A stretch of DNA of 64,000 nt from an uncultured Gammaproteobacteria bacterium. GTDB taxonomy: Bacteria; Patescibacteriota; Microgenomatia; UBA10105; UBA927. The DNA lies in NCBI GenBank assembly GCA_964527425.1, contig CAZGOA010000002.1:73346-137345 (forward strand), in the 5' to 3' direction. The notes under the pieces were generated by a model. That model was given only the letters and a program-made list of their open reading frames with translations. It had not been told where the DNA came from and searched no databases. Shown piece by piece: positions 36,852-45,295 of the stretch. A program made the position numbers and the translations under genes. Numbering within the stretch: the stretch's first letter is position 1; every line of letters starts with the position of its first letter.

Positions 36852-37880
36852 ATGAAAAACATTTCAAAATTCGCTGTGACTCTTGGCTTATTAATTACTT
36901 CTCTATTAATTGCAACGACGGCAGTATTAGTAATTCAATTAAGAAACCGTCAGGCAATAACAGATTTACCACCTGAGGCCGCAGTTGATGCGTGTAAAAT
37001 AGTATTTACGATTGATCCGGTGTGCAAAACTGACTTTACCCTCCTTCCTCCTGAGTCACCAGAAAATACACCAACACCTTCCGTTTTACCAACCGTAACA
37101 ATTTCACCACAATGCACAAGTGCGTGTGATCCTGCAGGAAGAAACCAGCAGTGTCCAACAAATCACAGCTGCGCACCAGCAAACCATCCTAATGCTAATA
37201 CCTGCATATTAACTGCATGTGTACAAAATCCTGATCTTTGTAACAGCACAAGCTGCTCACTATTACCAACACCGCCTTCAACTAATACACCCACCCCACA
37301 AGCTACTAACACTCCAACAGTACGTGCAACAAATACACCGATAAATACACCGACAAATACACAAATTCCTCCAACAAACACTATTGCATCCACTAGTACA
37401 CCAAATCCAACCGCAACACCAAATCCTTTATGCGGATCATCATGCGATCCTGATGGGTCAAGCAATCAATGTCCATCGAATCATACCTGTGCACCAGATA
37501 GTCATCCAAATGCCAATACCTGTATTCTCACTTCGTGTGTACAAAATCCAAGCCTATGCTCAAATAACAGCTGCACAGTCCTCCCAACACCAACAGCTGT
37601 ACGTACGTCAACACCGACTCAACCAATTGCATACTCACCGTCATCTACGCCCATACCAGGCTCATGTAATGCTAACTGTTCGACAGATAGTAATTGTGCA
37701 AACAACTTAGTATGCTCAGGTGGTACGTGCCGCAACCCAGAATGCACTGAGCAAGCTAATTGTTCATGCTCGATACAGCCAACGCCAGAAATTCCTGTAA
37801 CAGGCACAGGAACTACTCTAGTAGGTATTGGTATAATTGTTGGAGGAATACTACTCTTACTGTTAGGATTAGCATTTTAA
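36852..37880 (+). CDS. Cys-rich/PT-rich surface protein with EIPVTG sorting signal
   Basis: N-terminal TM, two 8-Cys repeats, TNTP repeats, a third Cys cluster, EIPVTG+TM. Confidence 0.8.
   Translation: MKNISKFAVTLGLLITSLLIATTAVLVIQLRNRQAITDLPPEAAVDACKIVFTIDPVCKTDFTLLPPESPENTPTPSVLPTVTISPQCTSACDPAGRNQQCPTNHSCAPANHPNANTCILTACVQNPDLCNSTSCSLLPTPPSTNTPTPQATNTPTVRATNTPINTPTNTQIPPTNTIASTSTPNPTATPNPLCGSSCDPDGSSNQCPSNHTCAPDSHPNANTCILTSCVQNPSLCSNNSCTVLPTPTAVRTSTPTQPIAYSPSSTPIPGSCNANCSTDSNCANNLVCSGGTCRNPECTEQANCSCSIQPTPEIPVTGTGTTLVGIGIIVGGILLLLLGLAF
37113..37592 (+). repeat. Intragenic duplication of a 54-aa 8-Cys module (37113-37274 and 37431-37592)
   Basis: CTSACDPAGRNQQCPTNHSCAPANHPNANTCILTACVQNPDLCNSTSCSLLPTP vs CGSSCDPDGSSNQCPSNHTCAPDSHPNANTCILTSCVQNPSLCSNNSCTVLPTP. 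Confidence 0.9.
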
Positions 37881-37884
37881 CACT

Positions 37885-38391
37885 ATGAATACACAGCCAA
37901 ACAACCAAGATTTTCCAGACCTATCAATACTTATGAATACACAACCGGTTCATGATCCGACGCCACCACCAAGTCATGCACAAAAAAAGCGCTCACCAAT
38001 ACTAGGGTTGTCTATCCTGCTACTCATCTTATTTTTTGGTGCAACTAGTGCTATTCTCATCTGGCAAACTCAATCAAGAGAAACTATTGCACGAGTTGAA
38101 ACACAAGCCGAAGAACCCACTGATACAGTGCCAAAATCCTGTAAACGTCTGACCATTTATAAAGATGGAGTCGCTGTAACTGACTATAATACACTTAGAG
38201 CTGGTGACACTGTAACCTTAGCTACTCCCATTGGTTCTGCAGTTAAAGCGAGATTTACTATTAATAAAACAGAGGTAGAATCGACAAAAGTTACCTTTAA
38301 TAATGAGTTCATCGTTGACTATACATTCCCCTTGGATATGCGTGCCGTTCGTATCAAGGTAGAGCGAAAAATAGATGGCATCTGGCAATAA
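37885..38391 (+). CDS. Short paralog of ORF 35378 (TM plus shared C-domain)
   Basis: Shares PDLS.LM, C..L.IY.DG, DYNTLR, ARF.IN and G.WQ end. Confidence 0.75.
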   Translation: MNTQPNNQDFPDLSILMNTQPVHDPTPPPSHAQKKRSPILGLSILLLILFFGATSAILIWQTQSRETIARVETQAEEPTDTVPKSCKRLTIYKDGVAVTDYNTLRAGDTVTLATPIGSAVKARFTINKTEVESTKVTFNNEFIVDYTFPLDMRAVRIKVERKIDGIWQ

Positions 38392-38474
38392 CCAAGATAG
38401 CAGCTGCCAGATGTGAGTACTTACAAATACTAATTCGATCACTTCTTAAGGTTATGAAATGATACAATAGCTCC

Positions 38475-39395
38475 ATGATTTCTTTTGTTTATAAACGAGC
38501 CCATGATACTGTTCCCCAAACCAGAGATGAATTTACTTATGGTGCATGGGTACATGTAGAATCTCCAACAAATGAAGACCTTATATATTTAAGTGATACC
38601 TTTAACTTAGAAAAAAGCTTGTTAACCGATGCATTAGATATCAACGAAGTTCCTCGTATTGAACAAGAAGAAGGTGCCATTTACCTGTTTACCCGCTTTG
38701 TGGTATCTCAAAAAGATAGAGTATTCACAACTCCTGTATTAATTATCTATAGAAAGAAAGTCATTATAACTATTGCTCCCAAAACTGTCCCTCAGGTTAA
38801 TGCCATCATGTCTCAAAAAGGAAACTGGAGTACCTATGACACAGAAGGGTTTGTGCTATTACTCCTCTCTACCTTAAACACTACAGTTGAGCGTTCATTA
38901 AATACCATCTCACGACTCATACAACAATCTAAAATAAAAGCAGAACGAATAGGTACAAAAGAACTATTATTTTTAGTAGATATGGAAAACAGTTTATATG
39001 ACATTAATGGACTTCTAGTACGTTTAGAAAATTTAGTGTCTACTCTCCTGTCTAAGTCATGGTTAAAACGTACAGAAGAACAAGAAGAAATATTAAAAGA
39101 TATTTACTTAGCAATTCAGCAAATGCTAGATATCGTTAAAGAAAATATCAGAACGGTCGTAAATACCCGCGATGCAGTATCAACAATAATGACTGCTAAT
39201 CTTAACCGCGTCATCAAACTCTTTACCTCACTGACGGTCTTGTTAACTGTCCCAATGCTTGTAGCTACATTTTATGGAATGAATGTCACGTTACCGTTGT
39301 CTCAATCTCCTACCGCATTTGTAACGATCATAATGGGTACAATAATCGTATCTTTAGGACTACTTATTTTATTTGTTAAAAATGATTGGTTGTAG
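38475..39395 (+). CDS. corA: CorA-family Mg2+ transporter
   Basis: DALD.NE.PR.E, FYGMNV signature, two C-terminal TMs. Confidence 0.92.
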   Translation: MISFVYKRAHDTVPQTRDEFTYGAWVHVESPTNEDLIYLSDTFNLEKSLLTDALDINEVPRIEQEEGAIYLFTRFVVSQKDRVFTTPVLIIYRKKVIITIAPKTVPQVNAIMSQKGNWSTYDTEGFVLLLLSTLNTTVERSLNTISRLIQQSKIKAERIGTKELLFLVDMENSLYDINGLLVRLENLVSTLLSKSWLKRTEEQEEILKDIYLAIQQMLDIVKENIRTVVNTRDAVSTIMTANLNRVIKLFTSLTVLLTVPMLVATFYGMNVTLPLSQSPTAFVTIIMGTIIVSLGLLILFVKNDWL

Positions 39396-40431
39396 CAGAA
39401 AAAGAAGCTTCTATATATGCACGTAACGCTTCTGAAGAATTAATTGGTATCAAGACATATTTCCCCTCATAAAGTCTTTCTTCAGGATGAATAAGTTGTG
39501 ATTCAAGAGATACTTTCTGAAACGATAACACATTACGATTCTGCAGAAATAATCTAATAAACTGTAATATGTCATCCGTTTGCACGTCGGTTATTATGCG
39601 ATTAAGCAGAATGTAATAAAGTTTAGAAACTCGCTCAGCAGAATACCAATCTATCGGATTTTTTAATTTTGATAACACAGCTTCTATCAATTCTTCTTGT
39701 CTTCTTGCACGCGCAAAATCTGTACCCTCATCGCCACTTGCATGCCTGCTTCGAACATATTGTAAAGCTCTTTCTCCATCCATTATTTGATTGCCTGATT
39801 CAAAATTGATTGTTTGATACCGACATCTAAATAATGGATCTCCATTGCATGTATCATTCTCTTTTCCTGCGATTGGAAACTGATTATCAATAAATGGTGT
39901 AGTTACATTTACAGACACACCACCCAATACATTAATAGCCTCTTGAAATGCTTCAAAATCGATAAGAAGAGTGTAATGAACAGGTATACCTGTAATTTCT
40001 TTAATAATCTCTTTGGTAAATCCAATGCCCCCACCTGTGCGTCCTTGAACATTGCCATAATAATATGCAGTATTTATGCGATCTCTTAACGTATCAGACC
40101 AAAGATCCCTGGGAATCGGTAAGATGATTGATCGCTGTGCTCTATTGGTCGATAACGAAATTATTTGAATAGTATCAGTTAAATCAGATCCTTCATGTTG
40201 TTTGCCGCCAATACCTAATAACAATATATTTATTCTTCCATTATGCTGTTGTATCGAATCAGATTTAAGATGAAGGTAGAGATCCAGTATACTTAAACCT
40301 ACAGATTGTAATAGTAGTACTGAGGCAATACTAAATAATAATAGACCAACGACTACACTCATAATACCACTTAAGAAAAGCAGTTTACCTATGCGTCGTT
40401 GTTTAAAAGGCTTCTTGGGATTCATGATCAT
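39376..40431 (-). CDS. LCP (LytR-CpsA-Psr) family protein
   Basis: NILLLG, TDTI, IPRD, RIN.AY, ALQYVRSRH, DFARARRQ. Confidence 0.93.
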   Translation of the reverse strand: MIMNPKKPFKQRRIGKLLFLSGIMSVVVGLLLFSIASVLLLQSVGLSILDLYLHLKSDSIQQHNGRINILLLGIGGKQHEGSDLTDTIQIISLSTNRAQRSIILPIPRDLWSDTLRDRINTAYYYGNVQGRTGGGIGFTKEIIKEITGIPVHYTLLIDFEAFQEAINVLGGVSVNVTTPFIDNQFPIAGKENDTCNGDPLFRCRYQTINFESGNQIMDGERALQYVRSRHASGDEGTDFARARRQEELIEAVLSKLKNPIDWYSAERVSKLYYILLNRIITDVQTDDILQFIRLFLQNRNVLSFQKVSLESQLIHPEERLYEGKYVLIPINSSEALRAYIEASFSATTNHF

Positions 40432-40485
40432 GAGTTTTTACTATTACGTGTGTCAAAGATTCAAATTGTGATAGGATAATAATTT

Positions 40486-42348
40486 ATGATACCGGATTTA
40501 CTATCTCAGTTAAACACATCACAAAAAAAAGCTGCTGAACATATCAAAGGACCTGGTCTAATTTTAGCTGGTGCAGGAAGCGGAAAAACAAAAGTATTAA
40601 CCTATCGAACTGCAAATCTAATTCTTCATCATCGGGTATCTCCATACAATATTCTTCTTATGACATTTACTAACAAAGCAGCAGGAGAAATGAAACATCG
40701 CATTCAAAATCTTCTAACTACCCATCAGCCAAATTTAACATTAGCAACGCCTTATGCAGGAACATTTCATTCTTTTTGTGTAAAGCTGTTGCGTATAGAT
40801 GGACATACAATAACTATTCCAGATAACTTTGTTATTTTTGATGATCAAGATCAAAGTGATGCAGTAAAACAAGTCATGAAAGAGTTAAATCTTTCGACAA
40901 AGAGCTTTAATCCAAATGCGGTAAAACATACTATCTCATCTGCCAAAAATGAACTTATTTCACCTCAGGAGTACGCGTCATTTGCACGAGGGTATTTTCA
41001 GGAAACGGTATCAACTGTCTACTTTGCATATGAAAAGCTATTAAGAGAAAATGCGGCACTGGATTTTGATGACATACTTGTATTTTCAGTTAAGTTGTTT
41101 AAAGAACGATCAGAAATATTACAAAAGTATCAAGAAAAATATCAATACATCATGATCGATGAATATCAGGATACCAATAAAGTTCAGTATGAACTCTCAT
41201 TGTTACTCTCTGGCAGTCACCAGAATATTGCAGTTGTAGGTGATGCCTCCCAAAGTATCTATAGGTGGAGAGGTGCTGATTTTAGAAATATTAATAACTT
41301 CAAAAAAGACTTCCCTGACGTCATCGAATATCATTTAGATCAGAACTATCGTTCGACACAAGTTATTTTAGATGCTGCCTATGGAGTAATTTCAAGGAAT
41401 ACAACACATCCTGTATTAGAACTCTGGACCGATAATAATGGAGGAGACAGCATAACAGTCTATGAGGCAAGAAATGAACATGACGAAGGAAATTTTCTTG
41501 TTCAAACTATTCTTCAATCTGGAAAGCCTTTTACTGATTTTGCGGTCCTATACAGAACAAATGCTCAGTCCCGCAGTATTGAAGAAGCTTTTCTCCATGC
41601 TGGGATCCCCTATATATTAATCGGTGGAACACGCTTTTATGAAAGAAAAGAAATAAAAGACGTATTAGCGTATATACGATATATAGCCAACCCAAAAGAT
41701 ATGATTTCATACAACAGAATCGAAAAGTTAGGAAAAGGGAGACTTAAAAAATTTCTTGATTTTGCACACACTATTCAACAAGATACTATTCTCGTTAACC
41801 ATACTACTCTAGAAATTCTTGATCTTACGTTAGAGGCATCAGATTATTTATCTTTATATGATGCAAATGTAGAAGAAGAAGCATACAGACTTGAAAACAT
41901 TAAAGAATTGCGATCTGTGGCAACCGAATTTCCTGATGTACTTAACTTTCTTGAAAATGTTGCCCTTGTAGAAAGAGAATATGAACCAGATACCGTTAAA
42001 AAAAGAGAAGAAAAGAGATCAGCAGTAACTTTAATGACAATCCATTCCGCCAAAGGACTGGAATTTTCTACTGTTTTTATGATTGGTATGGAAGAAGGAT
42101 TGTTCCCTCATAGTAGAAGTCTTATGGATAAAGAAGAATTAGAAGAAGAAAGGCGCCTTTGTTATGTAGGAATTACAAGAGCAAAATCATCTCTATATTT
42201 AACATATGCAAACCGACGTATGTTTTTTGGAACAAGAACACACAATATGGTGTCTAGATTTATTTCAGAAATTCCAGAAAAAGTTCTTACATTTCAAGTA
42301 TCACTAGGTTATGACAGAGGATTTCGAGAAGAAGACCTGCTAATCTAG
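40486..42348 (+). CDS. pcrA: SF1 DNA helicase PcrA/UvrD
   Basis: LAGAGSGKT, IDEYQDTN, QSIYRWRGA, NYRS, TIHSAKGLEF, EERRLCYVGITRA. Confidence 0.95.
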   Translation: MIPDLLSQLNTSQKKAAEHIKGPGLILAGAGSGKTKVLTYRTANLILHHRVSPYNILLMTFTNKAAGEMKHRIQNLLTTHQPNLTLATPYAGTFHSFCVKLLRIDGHTITIPDNFVIFDDQDQSDAVKQVMKELNLSTKSFNPNAVKHTISSAKNELISPQEYASFARGYFQETVSTVYFAYEKLLRENAALDFDDILVFSVKLFKERSEILQKYQEKYQYIMIDEYQDTNKVQYELSLLLSGSHQNIAVVGDASQSIYRWRGADFRNINNFKKDFPDVIEYHLDQNYRSTQVILDAAYGVISRNTTHPVLELWTDNNGGDSITVYEARNEHDEGNFLVQTILQSGKPFTDFAVLYRTNAQSRSIEEAFLHAGIPYILIGGTRFYERKEIKDVLAYIRYIANPKDMISYNRIEKLGKGRLKKFLDFAHTIQQDTILVNHTTLEILDLTLEASDYLSLYDANVEEEAYRLENIKELRSVATEFPDVLNFLENVALVEREYEPDTVKKREEKRSAVTLMTIHSAKGLEFSTVFMIGMEEGLFPHSRSLMDKEELEEERRLCYVGITRAKSSLYLTYANRRMFFGTRTHNMVSRFISEIPEKVLTFQVSLGYDRGFREEDLLI

Positions 42349-42349
42349 C

Positions 42350-42568
42350 CTACATAAAAAATGATATTATTTTTATGGCAGCCAAAATTAATGTACCTAA
42401 TACAATTAATAGGGATAATATAATCTCAATTTCCAGAAATAATCGAGCAATCCCTCTTACACTTCCAAAAGAAAACAACGGGGTTATAAATCGACTATCT
42501 ATCGGTAACCAACTAATAGGATATTCTATCGTTTTTTTATACGATCTCTTGCTTTTTTTTGTTTTCAT
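42350..42568 (-). CDS. Small membrane protein (72 aa)
   Basis: Basic N-terminus, C-terminal TM; TGtTACAAT lies 6 nt upstream of ATG 42568. Confidence 0.55.
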   Translation of the reverse strand: MKTKKSKRSYKKTIEYPISWLPIDSRFITPLFSFGSVRGIARLFLEIEIILSLLIVLGTLILAAIKIISFFM

Positions 42569-42624
42569 ATCTTCATTGTAACAAACAACACCTACATGGG
42601 ATAATACCTCTATTATAACTTGAT

Positions 42625-43599
42625 ATGCGTAAATCTTCACTTTCAAATAATTTGACAGAAAACTGGAATTCATTAGTAAATCACCCACTTCAATCATATG
42701 AATGGGGTCTATTTCGTGAGAAAACTGGTGTTAAAGTCGTTCGATTTGATGAAACACCACACCCTTATCAATTAACAATACATAAACTTCCCTATCTTCC
42801 TTATAGGATTGGATATCTACCAAAAGGACCACCAATTACTCAAACAATGATAAATACCTTATACAACTATGGGAAAGCACATAACATTATTTTCTTTCAA
42901 TTAGAACCTGATGTTGTAGAAAAATTATCAGACCATACCCCTCAATTTCCGTTTATAAAACCTTCGCATCATCCATTATTTACGAAACATACGTTTATGA
43001 TAGATTTATCAAAAACAGAAGATCAGTTACTTGCTTCTATGCACCCCAAGACTCGATATAACCTAAAAGTCGCTCAAAAACATAAAGTCGTTATAAAAAA
43101 TGATAATTCAAAAGAAGCCTTTACAGAATATCTACGGCTTGTTGAAGAAACAACAAAACGTCAAGGATTTTATGCCCATTCACTTTCCTATCACAAAAAA
43201 ATGTGGGAAACATTATCGCCATCTATCGCTCGGCTTTGGACTGCTTCCTATCAGGGAACTATTGTGGCCGCCTGGATAATATTTTTATGGAAAGAAACTA
43301 TGTATTATCCTTATGGCACCTCTTCTCGAGAATTTCGTAATATTATGGCACCAAATTTATTACTCTGGGAAATTATAAAATGGGGTAAAAAACATAAGTA
43401 CAACTATTTTGATTTATGGGGTGCACTGGGACCGAATCCTGACCAAAACGATCCGTTTTATGGATTTCATCGATTTAAAGCAGGATTTAGTCCAGAATTA
43501 GTTACCTTTATTGGCTCTTTTGATTTAGTTGTAAACCCTTTACTCTATAAACTTTATTGCATCGCAGACACCATCAGATGGAAATTATTAAAGAAATAA
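42625..43599 (+). CDS. FemABX-family peptidoglycan bridge aminoacyltransferase
   Basis: HPLQS.EWG, YLPKGP, IDLSK.EDQLL..M.PKTRYN, YYPYG, G..RFK.GF. Confidence 0.92.
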   Translation: MRKSSLSNNLTENWNSLVNHPLQSYEWGLFREKTGVKVVRFDETPHPYQLTIHKLPYLPYRIGYLPKGPPITQTMINTLYNYGKAHNIIFFQLEPDVVEKLSDHTPQFPFIKPSHHPLFTKHTFMIDLSKTEDQLLASMHPKTRYNLKVAQKHKVVIKNDNSKEAFTEYLRLVEETTKRQGFYAHSLSYHKKMWETLSPSIARLWTASYQGTIVAAWIIFLWKETMYYPYGTSSREFRNIMAPNLLLWEIIKWGKKHKYNYFDLWGALGPNPDQNDPFYGFHRFKAGFSPELVTFIGSFDLVVNPLLYKLYCIADTIRWKLLKK

Positions 43600-43722
43600 T
43601 AAGCGAAAAGGTTGGAAGCAAACCATTCCGGGATAGGTGAATATCCGATCGCGGAATGTGGAGAACCAATCACACTAAGTTTTAGCCAAATTAACAACAA
43701 ATATTTAATTAAATTCTTGAGT

Positions 43723-43855
43723 GTGAGCATTGAAAAAAGAATGAGTAGTTTTCGAGAGAACAATTTAGGGGGGATTCCCCACGAATTGTGGGAGGGGGGG
43801 CGGACAGTCCCCCGAATTGTGAACGAAGAAAACCATTCTTTTTTCACCAGCTCAC
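43723..43855. other. GC-rich nested inverted-repeat element (putative ncRNA or REP/MITE-like unit)
   Basis: GTGAGC/GCTCAC, TGAAAAAAGAATG/CATTCTTTTTTCA (13 bp perfect), GTTTTC/GAAAAC, ACAATT/AATTGT, GGGGGA/TCCCCC, CCCAC/GTGGG. Confidence 0.65.
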
Positions 43856-43900
43856 GAGCTTTTGGTCCTTTTGGCGATTCAAAAAGACATGAATAAATGT

Positions 43901-44749
43901 ATGGAACTCCAACAATCTCCACTTTATGCAGCATATGTAAAAAAGCTAGGATGGACAATCGAACGGATTGATTCTACAAATATTTTTCTCAAGAAAATTC
44001 CTTTTATAGGAACATTTGCAAAAATACAAAGAATAGAACAACTGCCTGGAGTAGAATCAGTATTAACGTTATTCAGAAAATATCATATTAAGCGAACAGT
44101 CCTAGAAGCAGGACCAAATGTAAATGAACAAGAATTTAAACACTGGTGCAATGAAATTAGTAAGCATGTTACCGTTATTTCTTCCCCTTATATTCCAACA
44201 AAAACCTTACTTGTTGATTTAACTCTTTCTGAAGAAAAAATATTCCAACAATTTTCTGAAGCAAAACGACGAGCAGTAAGAAGAGCCAAAAAAAATAATG
44301 TTATTGTTACGGAGTCACAAAACATTCAAGAACTTATTACCATAAAAAACCGTTCTGCTGGTTTGTTTGGATTTATTACCACACATGGAGTTAAACAATT
44401 ATGGGAAGTATTTTCACCTGAAAAAGCAACTTGTGTATTAGCATACACACAAGATAAAAAACTCATAGGAGGAGTTTTACTTATTTTCTGGGAAGATATA
44501 GCCTATTACTGGATTGCTGGTTCAATCAAACAAGGCAAAAAACTTTTTGCACCAACCCTTCTTGCATACGAGGCCATGAAAATAGCAAAAAAAAGAAATG
44601 CCAAGCAATTTGATTTTGTTGGTGTTTGGGATGAACGCTTTCCCAAAGAAAATAAAGAATGGTTAGGTTTTACTAAATTTAAAGAAGGTTTCGGAGGAAA
44701 AACTCTTTATTATCCAACACATAAACACAGAAATATTAACGCAGCATAG
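43901..44749 (+). CDS. Second FemABX/GNAT-family protein
   Basis: LQQSP.Y, LVDLTLSEE.I...FSEAKRRAVR, YYW.AG, FDFVG, GFTKFKEGFGG; start may be 43889 or 43901. Confidence 0.88.
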   Translation: MELQQSPLYAAYVKKLGWTIERIDSTNIFLKKIPFIGTFAKIQRIEQLPGVESVLTLFRKYHIKRTVLEAGPNVNEQEFKHWCNEISKHVTVISSPYIPTKTLLVDLTLSEEKIFQQFSEAKRRAVRRAKKNNVIVTESQNIQELITIKNRSAGLFGFITTHGVKQLWEVFSPEKATCVLAYTQDKKLIGGVLLIFWEDIAYYWIAGSIKQGKKLFAPTLLAYEAMKIAKKRNAKQFDFVGVWDERFPKENKEWLGFTKFKEGFGGKTLYYPTHKHRNINAA

Positions 44750-44812
44750 AAAAAGAATAATTTTAACCAATACAATATCTCTACGTCTTCAAATAATTAA
44801 CACTGTTAGTAA

Positions 44813-45286
44813 TTACCTTAAGATTGGTATGTTTTTAGGAGTTACCTTATGTTCTAAATATAACTTAATACTCTCTCCATGATCAAAAGCTAAAGACGTA
44901 AAATCGTACTGTAAATCAATAGGTTCCCACTTAATTTCAGGAGTTTCCCAATCTGGTTTACCTGATTGTTTAATAGGTTTCACAATATAATCGATAGAAA
45001 TATTTTGTCTATCTTCATGAGGTCTATCAGGTTTACTATTTATTCTAAATAAACAAACTACTTCACCTTCCCACCCTGTTTCTTCAAATAATTCACGAAC
45101 TACTGCTTGCTCTAACGTTTCATTCCGTTCAACATAACCAGCAGGTAATCCAAACTTACCACCTTCTAGAAAAGACTCATGTCGTTTACCTAATAAAAAT
45201 AAACCATTTTTTTCTACAATTGCATGCACCACTACATGGCGCAAATTATTTGTTGTATTCCCATTCTCAAATGTACACGTCATCAT
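44813..45286 (-). CDS. NUDIX hydrolase
   Basis: PAGYVERNETLEQAVVRELFEETG Nudix box; LAFDH. Confidence 0.92.
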   Translation of the reverse strand: MMTCTFENGNTTNNLRHVVVHAIVEKNGLFLLGKRHESFLEGGKFGLPAGYVERNETLEQAVVRELFEETGWEGEVVCLFRINSKPDRPHEDRQNISIDYIVKPIKQSGKPDWETPEIKWEPIDLQYDFTSLAFDHGESIKLYLEHKVTPKNIPILR

Positions 45287-45295
45287 AACAATATT

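Noticed and set aside
37270-37425. Near-tandem ACAAATACACC-type repeats as a CRISPR or VNTR
   Set aside because: They are in-frame codons for a TNTP linker, with no spacers or cas genes.
43554-43958. ORFs 43612-43896 (+) and 43554-43958 (-)
   Set aside because: Non-ATG start or overlap with both fem genes; better explained by the GC-rich inverted-repeat element.
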